The notes under the pieces are model-generated. The model worked only from the letters and a program-made list of their open reading frames with translations. It did no database searches and was not told where the DNA came from. Position numbers and translations under genes: made by a program. Positions 51,477 to 64,000 of a stretch of 64,000 nt of DNA are shown piece by piece (position 1 is the first letter of the stretch; each line of letters opens with the position of its first letter). Location of the stretch: contig NW_025765303.1 of the NCBI RefSeq assembly GCF_003918875.1, positions 1,550,001 to 1,614,000 of the forward strand, written 5' to 3'. This stretch comes from Haliotis rubra. Taxonomy: Eukaryota.

Positions 51477-54400
51477 TTAATAACATCGACAATACACATC
51501 CGGGCAATAACTCTGCCTGCAGCTGAGCCTGCACCAGTCGTTCAGCTGGGGAATCCCCCGCCAGTTGTTGATGGCGTGGCATCTGCTGGAGTCGACGTTT
51601 CCAGCCGTGGCGGGAGGGCGGGACGGGGTAGCCTGGATTGGTACCCAAGGACTGTTAGTGAGGAAGGGGTGTTGCCCTGGAGTCAGCAGCGGTTTAAGGG
51701 TCGGGGCGGGGGTAGGGGCTGGCGTTCTTTGAGTTGAGGGCATGGTGAACAACGTCGGGTTTGGTCTAACCGGTGGTCGTGCCGTTGCAGGAGGTAAGGT
51801 TCGAGGTCCCCATGCATCGGGGCAGTCGCACTGGACAGATGGACAGTTACCCTTAGCGCAGTTCTCCATACACCATGTATCCAGGGCTGGAAATCCTGCC
51901 CAAAGATTGACACCGTGGCAGGAATGGAATATCGCTGGAATATGTCCCACGGAAGGAACCGTGACCTGTGGCGTGTGTACCGGTGTGGTGACGGGGCGTG
52001 CAGTTGTCTTCCTACCCTCTGTTGATCTTGGACCAAATGCGTCCGGACAATCGCATACGGCTGCTGGGCAGTTTCCTTTCTGACAATTGGACTTGCACCA
52101 TTGGTCAAGCTGGTCAAGGCCTGCCAAGTTGTTGACTCCGTGACACGTCCTGAAGACGCCATAGTTAGGGGTATTAACCGTCGGTGGCTGTGTCACGACA
52201 GTGGGCCTGAAGGTAGGTCTGGAAGTGTCGACATGGGACTGGGTGGGTCTCACAGTCTGTGGAGGGAGGGTGTTGGCGGGTGTCTGGGGCCGAATGGTCA
52301 CGGGGACGGGTGTCCCGGACCCACCACAGTTGCCGATGCAAATGTCGGAGCAGCTGAAGAACTCTTCCTGTGGTCCGCATCCCCGGCACTCGTGGCCGCT
52401 GCCATCACGACCCTCGTTGTTGCCTACAACATAGCGATACCGTCAACGTTCCTACAACGATAATGAGTGAGTGAGTGAGTTTAGTTTTACGCCGCTTTTA
52501 GCAATATTTCAGCAATATCACGACAGGGGACACCAGAAATGGGCTTCACGCATTGTGATCCCGTTAGTCGCCTCTAACGACAAACATAGGCTGCTGAAGA
52601 CCCGGATTCTAACCCGGATCTTCAAGGGTGTTACATGGCAGTTGGCGTAGTTGAATTGTGTGCTTATTTATAGTAGCTTTAAATGAAGTTGAACATGCTC
52701 GTGTTGCCTGGGAACATTGTTTGATAATATTTGGATTGAAGCAGTTAATCAGATATGTTCACGTGTCACATTCAAATAACCCTCCCTATGGAGTACCAAA
52801 TGATATCTTAAGGAGGCTTCTATCGTGTTTTCAGTCAGTGACTGAAATTCAAAATCACCATTTTCTTCTGGTTTATGCATTGGCACATAACGCCAAGGCT
52901 TGGTTCGACATATGGGCACAAGTGAAGTAAAATCTTATCATGACAGCAGCTTAAAACTACACTCCTTTGTCGCATATATATATTACCTGCAACCCATTTC
53001 CATTGAAGAACACACTGGGAGCACGTTAATCCGACCGGAAGTGACGCAGTGAGGTAAAGTTTCCCGTACTGAGATCTTTGGAGATAATACCTCGTGCCGT
53101 TGGCGTTCTTCAGCTGAAGGAGGTTCTGGTCTAAACATGCCTGAGTGACAACCTTCTTGACGTCGTCATTCTTGCAAAGCCGGAACTCGAAGTATCCCTC
53201 GTGGTTGGCAGTGATCTCAATAGTGATAGGGAGATCCTGCCCGGTCTTGTACCCTCTGGCTATAACCCCAAGCCCGTATCTTCCGCCAGCTTCGTTGTCG
53301 CGAGGAGGGGCTTGTTCATAGGGATCTCCGCAGACTCCACATTGTCCGTGCTCGGCAAACCAGAGGTTCTGGAGGTAATTCATGAATTAGCATATACATT
53401 TCATAGAGGTCAAAGTAATGATGGCGATACCTAGTTATCTCCCGAAGTATTTACACTTAAGATGTTTTATTCCCATGGTATTTCGAAGTTCAGGACAGAT
53501 ATTAGGTCTCATCAACCTCTGCTGCACAAAATGACTTGACCGATAGATAGGTGTGTTTGTTTGTTATTTAACGCCGCACTCAGCAATATTCCAGCTATAT
53601 GGTTGCGGTCTGTAAATAATCGAATCTGGACCAGACAATCCAGTGATCAACAGCATAAGCATCGTTCTACGCAACTGGGATACGATAATATGTTTTATGC
53701 AAGTCAGAGAGTCTGACCATCCCATCCCGTTAGTTGCAGCTTCGGGTTAACAATCACGGGTCTTTACGGGTTTTAACGGATAGAAATATATCAATAATTG
53801 TCCCATAAAATGCTTGCAAATAAAATGATAATTGAAATTCATTGTTTCATTGTTTGCGCCTGTAGTTGATAAAAAGCAACAGCGTCATTCGCGTTAGATT
53901 CATGAGTGCCGAGTTAAACCAAACCAAACATAGTTATCTTTCTTTTCCATCTGAGTATTATTCCGTGTGACTGATCCCGTTATGTTTAGGATTAAGCACT
54001 ATCTGCATTCTGTGGTTGAGAGGAACAACAGTCCTCACAAACCAGTTTTTATCACACCTCCCAGAGGCGGACACTCAGCCAAACAGATAACATGACATCT
54101 CAGATATGTCAACACCTAGTTTCAGTTCGAAACACTTTATGACATTTTGAAATATAAGGGCAAAAAGCCACATTCAACTCTTTTTACATTGAACAGTGTT
54201 GTATTTGGTCGCTCGGTCTTAACAATAGTTTGTTGTGTGATTCATTTGAATTGAATTGATTCATTTGTGCTACGCTGAAACATCATAGGTCCGATGTGGA
54301 GAAAACGGTATTCAATGCATCGCATGAAAGACGTGTAAGGAATAGTCCCACACAACCTTCACTGTACATGACACTTGTCGTAAGAGGTGGCTAAATTGAT

Positions 54401-56332
54401 CGGGTAGTCAGCATCGATTGATGGGGGCTTGATGAATGGCATTGTCACTGCACCCGATTTGTGGACGAAGGTTATGCAATACTCATCTGCCGGGTTATAT
54501 AAAAAAGACATGATTCTATTGCTGAAATGAAACCAACTCTGTACAGGTTTCAATTTGAGAACAATTGTAAAAAAGCCTCCCCCACTACATATGAACAGTA
54601 ATAGGCAAGACGCTGCCATAAACCTTCATTTTTACTTCGAGTTACTATCTTTATCGGCTTTGTACAAAGTAATTAGTGTGTGTGCGTGTGTGCGTATGTG
54701 CGTGCGTACGCGCGCGCGCTCGTTCGTCTGCATGCGTGTAGTAGTAGTTGTTGTTGCTGCATGATGTTACTGGGGTGAAACGTGAATGAAATATACGTCT
54801 GTAGATTTATCTGCAAAGATGAATGTTCAAGGCGTCATTTACTGGGTTGTCAGATTGACTCGATCAGTAACAGAACACAGAAACTTCCTGAACAACACGC
54901 AAACGAATGTAAATCGTGATTAATTAAAGATCTTCAGAGCTTCATACTTGTAACCAAACATTTGAAACTGTTGAAACTCTTAATAATCCCACCCATCAAA
55001 TCTTGCCTGTGGAACTTCTTTATAGCCCCCACCTATCAAATTTTGCCTGTGGAACTTCTTAACTGCCCCACCCAGCAAATTTTGCCTCTGGAGCCTCTTA
55101 ATAGCCCCATCCATTACGTTTTGCCAGTGGAACCTCTTAATACCTGGGGCGGTGGGGTAGCCTAGTGGGTAAAGCGTTCGCTCGTCACGCCGAAGACCCG
55201 GGTTCGATTTCCCCAATGGGTACAATGTGTGAAGCCCATGTTTGGTGTCCCCGGCAGTGATATTGCGGGAATATTGCTGAAAGATGCGTAAAACTAAACT
55301 CTCACTCTTAATAGCTCCGTCCATCACATTTTGCCTGTGAAACCTTTTAAAAGCCCCATCCATCAAATTTTGCCTGTTGGAACTTCTTAATAACCCCACA
55401 AATCTTTTTTTTTGTCTGTGTAATGTGTTAATAACTAAACTCACTCACTCACTCACTCACTCACTCACTCACTCACTCGAAACTTTAATAACCTTAACAA
55501 AACTAAAGGTTCCTTTGAATGTGTCTGGGATATAATTTTACAACACATTTTTATTCGAACCAAGCGAGTGCGTTATACAGGGCGGTACTTTTTCGTCCTT
55601 GTTTCAATACCTCGCGATAAATATTTGGTGTTCCTTGACCGAAACCGGTCAAGGGGGTTCACCAAATTAATAGAGGAGATAAGCCATGTTTTCAGTAGAG
55701 ATCTTGGTTATCAGCAGATATTTTAACCTCGCTAATTTGAATATATAACCACACGGTCAGAGTGAAGTTCCTAATGTCAACTTTAGCGGGGTACAGTGCT
55801 CATTGTCTTCTCATATATACTGAGTGAGTGAGTTTGGTTTTACGCCGCATTTAGCAATATTCCAGCAATATGGTGGGGGACACCAGAAATGGGCTTTACT
55901 CATTGTACACATGTCGGGGAATCCAACCCGGGTCTTCGGCATCACGAGCGGACGCTTTAACCACTAGGCTACCCCACCGCCCCCATAAAATACTGAGATT
56001 TACAGTGGCGGTGACTAGCTAACTGGTTAAAGCATGCACTCGCTTCAAACCCATAACCCCCGGTTAGATCCTGCCATAAGAACAACATTTGCAGCTGAAT
56101 CTAGACGTCCTCCGCCATGATTTTTTTTGCTAAAAGCGGCAATAACACAATTTCACTCATTCACACTAATACTTACAGAGTATCCACCACAGTTGAGCGC
56201 GTTATCGTTGTAGTTGATTGGCACCTTGAACCCCCATCTCCACATCGTTGATCGTCCCGGGGGGTCATACATATACCCATGGCCCCACGCCCCTCCGACC
56301 ACGCCTAGAATCACGAGAGCAGCTGCCAGCAT
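51477..56332 (-). CDS. AA15-type lytic polysaccharide monooxygenase (chitin-binding type-4 domain) with Pro/Thr linkers and three 6-Cys modules, 494 aa
   Basis: Exons 56332-56177, 53368-52987, 52423-51477 (1485 nt, phases 0 and 1). Signal peptide MLAAALVILGVVGGAWG is followed by N-terminal His (HGYMYDPPGRSTMWRWGF..NYNDNALNCGG). Also CGVCGDP, TANHEGYFEFRLC, LTCSQCVLQWKW, GCGPQEEFFSCSDI. AATAAA on minus at about 51407-51412. Confidence 0.93.
52464..52629 (-). mobile_element. Chimeric SINE: family-B head joined to family-A body and tail
   Basis: Minus strand reads ACCCTTGAAGATCCGGG..CGACTAACGGGATC|ACAATGCGTGAAGCCCATTTCTGGTGTCCCC.. Confidence 0.75.
53555..53772 (-). mobile_element. SINE-like family B
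   Basis: Body and tail match. The head is partly deleted but starts ACCCGTAAAGACCCG. Confidence 0.8.
54985..55400. repeat. ~38-bp tandem repeat
   Basis: ccccacccatcaaattttgcctgtggaacttcttaatag-like units, split by a SINE. Confidence 0.85.
55146..55305 (+). mobile_element. SINE family A inserted in a ~38-bp tandem repeat
   Basis: Matches consensus. The tandem units continue on both sides. Confidence 0.88.
55821..55984 (-). mobile_element. SINE family A
   Basis: Reverse-complement match to consensus. Lies in AA15 intron 1. Confidence 0.88.
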
Positions 56333-56544
56333 TGTAAAGCCTTGTCAGTCCCGAGGGAGACTGTTGAAAACCTGTCCTTTACGCCCCTTATCTAACCCAT
56401 TGGCGAGGTCGTTTATCGGCGATCGTGACCCTACCCTGAACTACCAGAAATGTATGTGTATATTGAAAGCTTTCAATAACCAAATGCCGACTGATTTTCA
56501 TGATGTCAACTCGACGCAGGAATCTTTCATTGATAAGCAATATT

Positions 56545-59055
56545 AATGTTGTTACAGAATACTTTGCAAGTCACGTGAACATATGGTTTCATACATGGTT
56601 ACATTTATGGCTACGCACAGTAAAACATGTTTGAGATACATTGCTACAGACTTAATGGTCATAATATTCTTAGAATTTAACAAATTTGACAGTGAATGTT
56701 TATCTATAACAGTGTGTGAAAGAAATGGCATATACTTTTTTCGCAAACTTAGATACTGGGTGCATACAAACATGACATGGAACTCATCCTCTATAGCGCC
56801 TGTATTACAATTAGAACAGATCAAATCACTTTTACATTCTGTAGAAATACCATGTTTACGTGCCCTATTTACACAGAAATCATGAAAACCAATTCTTAAC
56901 TTACATAAAGCTCTTATCAAAGATTTATCATGAAAATTTAAAATATACAATTCTGTTCTAGCAACTACTTATGACTTATGAGAGGCATAATATTCTAAAT
57001 ATCTAGAAGTACTAATGGACATAGACCACTCTTGAATGAAAATATAGTCACATAGGCGCTGTTTGAAAAGAGATATAAAACAGGTCTATCATTGCCAACC
57101 CATTGGGCAAGCCATACATAGGAAAATCCAGTAGAAAAGAGTTTCGGCTGTCTCCCATAATCTAACGTTAGACACCCAATTAACTTTAATGACGTCAATA
57201 TCATCTTGTAATTTTGTATGTATTAATACGCAGAGAATTTCCAGGAATTAAATACCATTTGATCACGTTTTCAACCAAAAAAGATAACACTGTTTAGGAT
57301 ACCTTAAATAATGCATTTTACCAACTTTAACCAATATTTAACTGCTCTTATTCTGCTGAACACAAACATATTACATCTACCAGTTTCTCCATATATAGCC
57401 TTATTAGAAGCAAATTTACCTAGATTTAGAAATTGTTTTAAAAATGTAGTTTGTACCTTTTCTATACAGTGAAAATACGCCATACCCCAAATTTCTGATC
57501 CATATAAAAGAATAGGCATTATTTTACAATCAAAGATGGTACAAGCATTTTGGAAAGAGATAAAAGAGTTAGTTTTGAATAAATTATAAACAGAGTAGGC
57601 TGCCTTAGATGCTTGTGTTGCCAAACTTTTACACGCTGTTGCCCAATTCAACCTTGAGGAAAATATCAATCCAAGATATTTTATAATATGAAACACAATT
57701 AAGTTTTACATTTCCATAGTACCATTTTTCTTCCTTTTTTAAAACACCGCCATTTCTAAAGACAATAACATTTGTTTTTTCTAAATTCACACTTAAACCC
57801 CATCTCGTGCAAAATTCATGAAGAACATTTAACTGTTGCTGGAGACCAATGATAGTATAAGAGAACATATTAACATCATCTGCAAATAATAACATCATAA
57901 TATCCTCAATATCTGGAGATATAAAACACCATGTTTACATTTATTATGAATTTCTGCGGCAAGTTCGTTAATGAAAAGAATAAATAGAAGCGGACTTAAA
58001 ATGCATCCTTGCCGTACACCTGAACTAGTGAAAAACATATCAGTTTTGCAATTTCCAATTTTTACACAAGATCTAACAGATGAATACATATTATGCAGAA
58101 GATTGTACATTTTTCCATGGCAACCTGATTTTAACAACATATATAAAAGTTTTGAACGATCTACATAATCGAAAGCCTTTCTAAAATCAACAAAGGCACA
58201 CAAAAATCGTCCCTTTGGTCTTGAGAGATATTTAGAACAGAGAGTTTGCAGAGTAAATATATTGTCCACTGTGGAATAGCCGGGTCTGAAGCCAGCTTGA
58301 GCTTCTGTTAATATATCATTCAGATCAGTCCATGCACGAAGACGTTTATCTAGGATGGATGTGAATATTTTTCCTGATACATTTAAAAGCGATATACCCC
58401 TATAATTGTTGGGATCAGCTGTAAGTCCTGATTTAAATAATGGCATAATTAATGCAGAGTTCCAGGATTCAGGAAATATGCCAGTATTCAATATTGAGTT
58501 AAACAATGGATTTAGAAAACGCAACAATGATGAGTGTCCTAACTTGAAGAATTCAGGAGGAATTCCATCATCTCCGGGGGATTTTCCAATTTTCAACTTC
58601 TTAATAACCTCAGTAATTTCTAAATCAGAGATAGGATCAGACAGTAACTGATCTATGCCACTTTAGGATACACAATCATCACATGAATGTTCAGCTATGA
58701 AATTATTAACGTTAGAATCAAATGCTTCATCTTCTTTAGGCTTATTAGGATTTAAAAGTGATTTAAAATAGTCAATAAACACATCAGCTGATAGTGGAGA
58801 ATGTTCGTTTTTTCTTCGAAGAGAGCGTTTTAAAATGTTCCAAAATTTCTTGCAGTCACCAGATCTAGCAGCCTGGCACAAGTCATCTGACAACTGTTTT
58901 CCTAGAATTCCCTTTTTCTTAGCACATGTTGATTTAAATTTATTTCTAGCTTCCACATATGTTTGCAGATTTTCCTTACAATTATATCTGCGAAATAAGT
59001 TCAACTTTCTGTATTTATCCTGTTTAAGTTCGTCACATTCCCTGTCAAATCACAC
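56545..59055 (-). mobile_element. RTEX-like LINE ORF2 (RT and C-terminal knuckle), frameshifted
   Basis: KSPGDDGI, NYRGISLL, QAGFR, FVDFRKAFD, GVRQGCILSPLLF, LLFADD, YGSEIWG, IYGETGR, IEDEFHVMFVC. Confidence 0.9.
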
Positions 59056-59319
59056 CAAACAACCAACACTTAGGCGGATCCAGACCCCTACCCCTACTCC
59101 CTTTGTCCTGAACGTTTATTAAATGACCATTGAAACTCACGTGAAAACACCTCCACCTTCCACACACACACACCCGTGTGCGATTATTAAATATATAAAT
59201 CATATTTCCTAAAAATGTTGGGGAGCGCACGTACAATCTCAAAAACAAGTCCGCAAGATTGTCAGGAATACACTCATTTGGACCCATGAGAGCCCATTCG
59301 TCACGACTCGCCCCTTTCC

Positions 59320-61215
59320 GTAACCTGCAAGAAGACTCGTCCCCTTCTCGATGCTTGTTGTGTGTGAAAATACGACAAACCAATCAGAACGCGCGTAAAT
59401 GGCGGTGCTTTGGTAAAAATAATCCCGACTACTTAAATCGTTTATGGCATTATGGCATTGTTTAAAAAATCATGAAAAATATATATCGTCATATTGAAAG
59501 TACAAAGAACGTAGATAACAGGATTGTGCTGTCTAATGTGAAGTTTTTGATAAGAATCATGCGATTGACAGTGAGAGATTCAAATACACGAACGTGCGTT
59601 TGTTGACATAACGGCTCTAAACTGGTCCAACTGAGTGTATTTCTAAAGATCTTGTGGGCTTGTGCTTGTGATTGTATGTACGCTTCCAACAGTATTAGAA
59701 ATGTAATTATAAATCGCTACGTGTTTCAGAACAATAATCTGTATGTAACTAATCAACGTTAATCTTTAACATTGGGCATATATTTCATATCTCTGGGAAT
59801 ATTTTAGTCTGACTCTTTTTGGGCACTCATATATTTTTCAGCGAATTCATTTAAAATTCTACTTGAGGTATGACACCTTGGTTACACAAATGTTCAGTTT
59901 GAGAAATATTTTGAAGTTATTTTTGAGTTTCTACTTAAGGATTTAATGTAGCTGGGTTTTTAAAATACATTTTATTTGTATATTCAATAATGCAAATCCC
60001 ATTTGTGATTATTAAACCCTTTTGAGAAATATAATTGGAAATATAAGGTAATAATAGTAACATCTAGTAATAATTACGTCAGAATATGTCTTTAGCAAAT
60101 ATGTTTTTTCTCCTTGAACTAGTTGTATCAAGGAGCTTTAATTCTTTAAAATGAATAAGCAAAAACAAAAACAGCAATACAATATATGAGCACTTCGGGT
60201 TTTTTAAGTACCATTGGAATCAAACAGGAATAGAGTTATCGTTCCTGTTTGAAGTAGTTCTGATGTTCCTACGCCAATATGAAATCCTTCCAGATGGGCA
60301 CGAGTCGCTATTTGCTTGTCCCGGAATAACACGAGTTGGTCACCAATGGAACATAGGAACTACTTTAAACAAGAACGATAACTCTATTCCTGTTTGCTTC
60401 CAATGGTACTTTATATCACCGTGGCAGTCGTGCATTGTATTAATATTTTTGTTTTCTGGGGAATTTTTTATGTCAAAGAATTAAACCCCCTTGAAACAAC
60501 TAAAAGGAGGAGAGAAAACTATTTGTTAAAGACACAATCAAACATTAATTTACCAGCTGTTCACCTTATATTTCCAATTTACATGTCTATGTAGGGTTTA
60601 AAAATCACAAATGGGATTTGTTTTATTGAATATGTAAATAAAAATTTAAAAATTCAACTACATCAAATCCCAAAGCAAATACTCAAAGATTACCTTAAAA
60701 ATATTTCTCAAACTGTACATTCGTGTCACTGAATACGCTGAACAAAATATGAATGACCGCAAAAACGTCATACTAAAATATTCCTAGAAATGAGAAATAT
60801 AAGCCCAATGTAAAAGATTTAAGCTGTTTAGTTTTATTTAGGTACAATATTGTTTTGCAACTCTTATCGATTAATAATCATATTTCCTAAAACATGCTCG
60901 CAAGATCGTCAGAAATACACTCAAATGGACCCATGAGAGCCGTTATGTAATTAAACGCACGTGCGTGAATTTGAATCTCTCACCTTATTTGGCATTATCC
61001 TAACTATAAACTACACACAAGCCAAAACAATTGTGTTAGCTACGTTCCTTGTACTTTTAATATGACGATACATATTTTTCAAGATTTGTAAACAATGACA
61101 TAATGCGATTTAAGTCTTCGGGATTATTTTTATCAAAGCACCACAATCATTACGCGCGTTCTGATTGGTTTGTCCTATTTTCGCACATAACAAGCATCTA
61201 GAGTCTTCTTGGAGG
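59320..61215. repeat. Large diverged inverted repeat (arms about 59320-60265 and 60345-61215)
   Basis: Colinear reverse-complement matches along both arms, for example caaatcccatttgtgatt / aatcacaaatgggatttg and caaaccaatcagaacgcgcgtaa / ttacgcgcgttctgattggtttg. Confidence 0.8.
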
Positions 61216-61227
61216 TTAGTTTGGCTC

Positions 61228-61312
61228 CTCCGTTGTTGGTGCTTCCTCCGTTGTCGTTGCTTCCTCCGTTGTCGTTGCTTCCTCCGTTGTTGCTGCTTCC
61301 TCCGTTGTCGTG
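61228..61312. repeat. 18-bp tandem repeat (CTCCGTTGTCGTTGCTTC)n
   Basis: About 4.5 units. Confidence 0.85.
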
Positions 61313-62122
61313 GGCTTCTGTGTAGTTGTTTCCTCGTCTCGTCTCTGGTTCGACAACTGGTATCATTACACATTGCTGATCAACAACATAACCATGCCAT
61401 TAAAATACTCTCAGTTTAATTTTCCATAATTCCGCTTATTCAACCCGTTAAAGAGGGAAGTAACGTTACTCTTAGGTGGAAGGTCCATGGCCGGGACGCT
61501 TCTCGGTTGAATGAGCGTAGCGTTCACTTTACTTGCAATTTTGGCTGAAAGAACATAGCACGACTCACAAAAATTACAAGGAAAACAGGATAAGCGTGAA
61601 CACTCTATAATTTGGGCACATGTGGCTTCATTATAATTCAACATTAAATAGACAGACAGACAGATTTTATTGCGGCAAGTCATATGGGCCTCAATACAAT
61701 GTAGATAATAATTATGTTGGATGGTGAGGATGACATTATTAATAAGTAAAAAGTTTTTCTTACACGGAATGCTTCATACACATATCTACGTTGAGCGTTG
61801 AGTAGTAATATTTTCTGATGATAATAACTGTACACATTTATAAACTGAATAATCTTTACAGTAATATTTCTTTAAATAGATAGATCTTAGGAGTATACGA
61901 TGGACACTTGAGTAAAAAGTGAATTTCGTCTTCTATGTCATTAAGATTACAGTTAGTACAAATTCTTTCATCTCTTGGGATTTTATTGCTACCATGTCTA
62001 CCAGTTTCAATTAATGATGTATGAGATGACAATCTTAATTTTCATAATGCAGACCTGTGGTTACAATTTAAAAGATTAACTAAATACATTTCAAAGCCCT
62101 TAAGTTGTTTAAATAACATATA

Positions 62123-62287
62123 GGGGCGGTGGGGTAGTCTAGTGGTTAAAGCGTTGGCTCGTCACGCCGAAGACCCGGGTTCGAATCCCCACATGGGTAC
62201 AATGAGTGAAGTCCATTTCTGGTGTCCCCGCCGTGATATTGCTGGAATATTGCTAAAAGAGGCGTAAAACCAAACTCAGTCAGTGAG
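62123..62287 (+). mobile_element. SINE family A
   Basis: TSD taaataacatata. Confidence 0.9.
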
Positions 62288-62327
62288 TAAATAACATATA
62301 AGTAGTGGAATTCCTCATCTCCTGGTA

Positions 62328-62499
62328 GGGGCGGTGGGGTATCCTAGTGGTTAAAGCGTTGGCTCGTCACGCCGAAGACCCGGGTTCGATTCCCCACATG
62401 GGCACAATGTGTTAAGTTCATTTCTGGTTTCCCCCGCCGTGATATTGCTGGAATATTGCTAAAAGCGGCGTAAAACCAAACTCAGTCAGTCAGTCAGTC
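62328..62499 (+). mobile_element. SINE family A
   Basis: TSD tcatctcctg. Confidence 0.9.
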
Positions 62500-64000
62500 A
62501 TCTCCTGTTACCAATAAGTAATACATTTATCTTGTAGTCGTTGTTTTAATAAAGACATGAAAACTGGAACATTTACCTCTAAGGGGGACAGCCATGCATA
62601 ATAAAAACCGTTGCTCATTAAGATATCTTTTTCTTTACAGTATCAGCCAGATCTTTCATCTAAATTAGAATACACTTCCCTCATAATGCAATTCTCTGAT
62701 TGTACAACCTTAAACCAAATCTGTACCATCTGTAATTCACGCTGTATGCCAAGTGGGAATCTTCCGAGTTCACCGTACACTAATAAATTACTTGTACTAC
62801 TTTTAACAACGAGAATATTTTCACAAAATCTACGATGAACTCTTTCAATATATACTGCCTGTTTCCATCAAATAATTCTAACGCTACTTTCACATTTATC
62901 TTATTGGTCCTAACTTCTCTGAGTAAAGCATTTCACGCCTTCAGGCCCCTATCCGATAATATGTTAATAGCTGGTGACAATTTTCCATTAGATTTAAATA
63001 ATAAACCTGAATAATTGAATTCAGCAACACTTTCAAGGAGTACATTACCATAATAGAAAACCTGCTTTGATAAAATATATTACTTTTGGAAAGTAACTAC
63101 TTTAGTCTTGTCGATATTTACAGAAAAGCCCCAAATATTGCAATATTGTATTAAACTATAAAGTTTAGATTGTAAACCAGTTGCAGATTTACTTATGAGA
63201 AGCATACCATCTGCGAAAAGAAGTATAAACAGCATTATATCGTGTATATCGATACCGGAAGTAACATTTTCCTGTAACTTTTATTCAAGATCTACTATGA
63301 ATTAGGAAAACAATAATGGAGAGAGAAATTCGCCTTGACGTAGACCAGTATCTTATGTGAAAACATCACTAAGCTCATTATTATATCTAACACATGATTT
63401 AACATCCTTATACATGGCCCTGCATATGTTGAGAAACTTCCCCCTATACCTAACTTAATGAATTTAGGCCACAGTCCGTTACGATAGACACTATCAAACG
63501 CCTTCTGGTAATCAATAAAAGCACAAAATAGTTTCTCCTTTGTCTTAAACACATGATCTATCAATCTATCTAAAATAAATATAGCATCTATCGTACTAAA
63601 ACCTGCGTTAATTCCGAACTGAGCATCAGAAATCATATTAAACATATCTGTAACATTACTTAATCTCGCATTTAGAACTTGAGTAAATAATCTACCATAA
63701 CTGCTTAAAAGAGTTATTTGCGTCATCAATAGAGTTTTTCTTGTAAATTGGTACTATTAGTCCAACTGACCACATGTTCGGGAAACATCTAATATTGTCT
63801 AATATAATCTAATATTTTGTTGAAAAGTCTTACTCTATCATTATCCATTATTTCGAGCAAATGGTCAAATTCCAGTAAGAATTTATCTTTTCCTGGTGAT
63901 TTCTTTTTCTTTATATTGTTTATAGCTGCCTTTACTCCGTCGAGTGTTATTGGTGTATTTAGAGTTTCGTAACAGTCACTGGGTAAATATTCACTTAATT

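Larger units (their letters stand above)
61650..64000 (-). mobile_element. Second RTEX-like LINE, decayed, interrupted by two family-A SINEs, continues beyond window
   Basis: QFG..GFSTIDAIF, FIDYQKAFDSV, LRQGE, GELGRFPL, IEDEIHF motifs. AATAAA and a (TCTG)n tail near 61650-61670. Confidence 0.8.

Noticed and set aside
51423-52463. Plus-strand and alternative-frame ORFs overlapping the LPMO last exon
   Set aside because: Shadow ORFs of a GC-rich coding exon.
61110-61419. Arg/Gln-rich and Cys-rich short ORFs
   Set aside because: They are translations of an 18-bp tandem repeat.

Overview
Eukaryotic, AT-rich, repeat-dense animal DNA. The SINE content and gene types suggest a gastropod mollusc, possibly abalone (inference only). 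There is one assembly gap at 43294-43504. I reconstructed three spliced genes by hand, all with GT-AG sites and consistent intron phases. (1) An 11-coding-exon SLC17/sialin-like anion transporter (+, 1729-20100, 530 aa), followed by decayed paralogous copies of its last exons (24382-26427 and about 45087). (2) An orphan secreted protein (-, 36529 to 34030, probably to 32444, about 174 aa) whose helix and loop pattern looks like a four-helix-bundle cytokine, or alternatively a prohormone. (3) An AA15-type lytic polysaccharide monooxygenase with three C-terminal 6-Cys modules (-, 56332-51477, 494 aa). The rest is mobile DNA: two tRNA-headed SINE families, a third SINE-like family with a pseudoknot-forming 5' end instead of a tRNA head, a TSD-flanked palindrome of minimal hammerhead-like (Penelope-type) motifs, decayed L2, RTEX, Tx1 and R4-type LINEs, a Sailor-like Tc1/mariner transposon, nested MITEs, a diverged ~1.9-kb palindrome and several minisatellites. 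Most ORFs in the supplied track are spurious.
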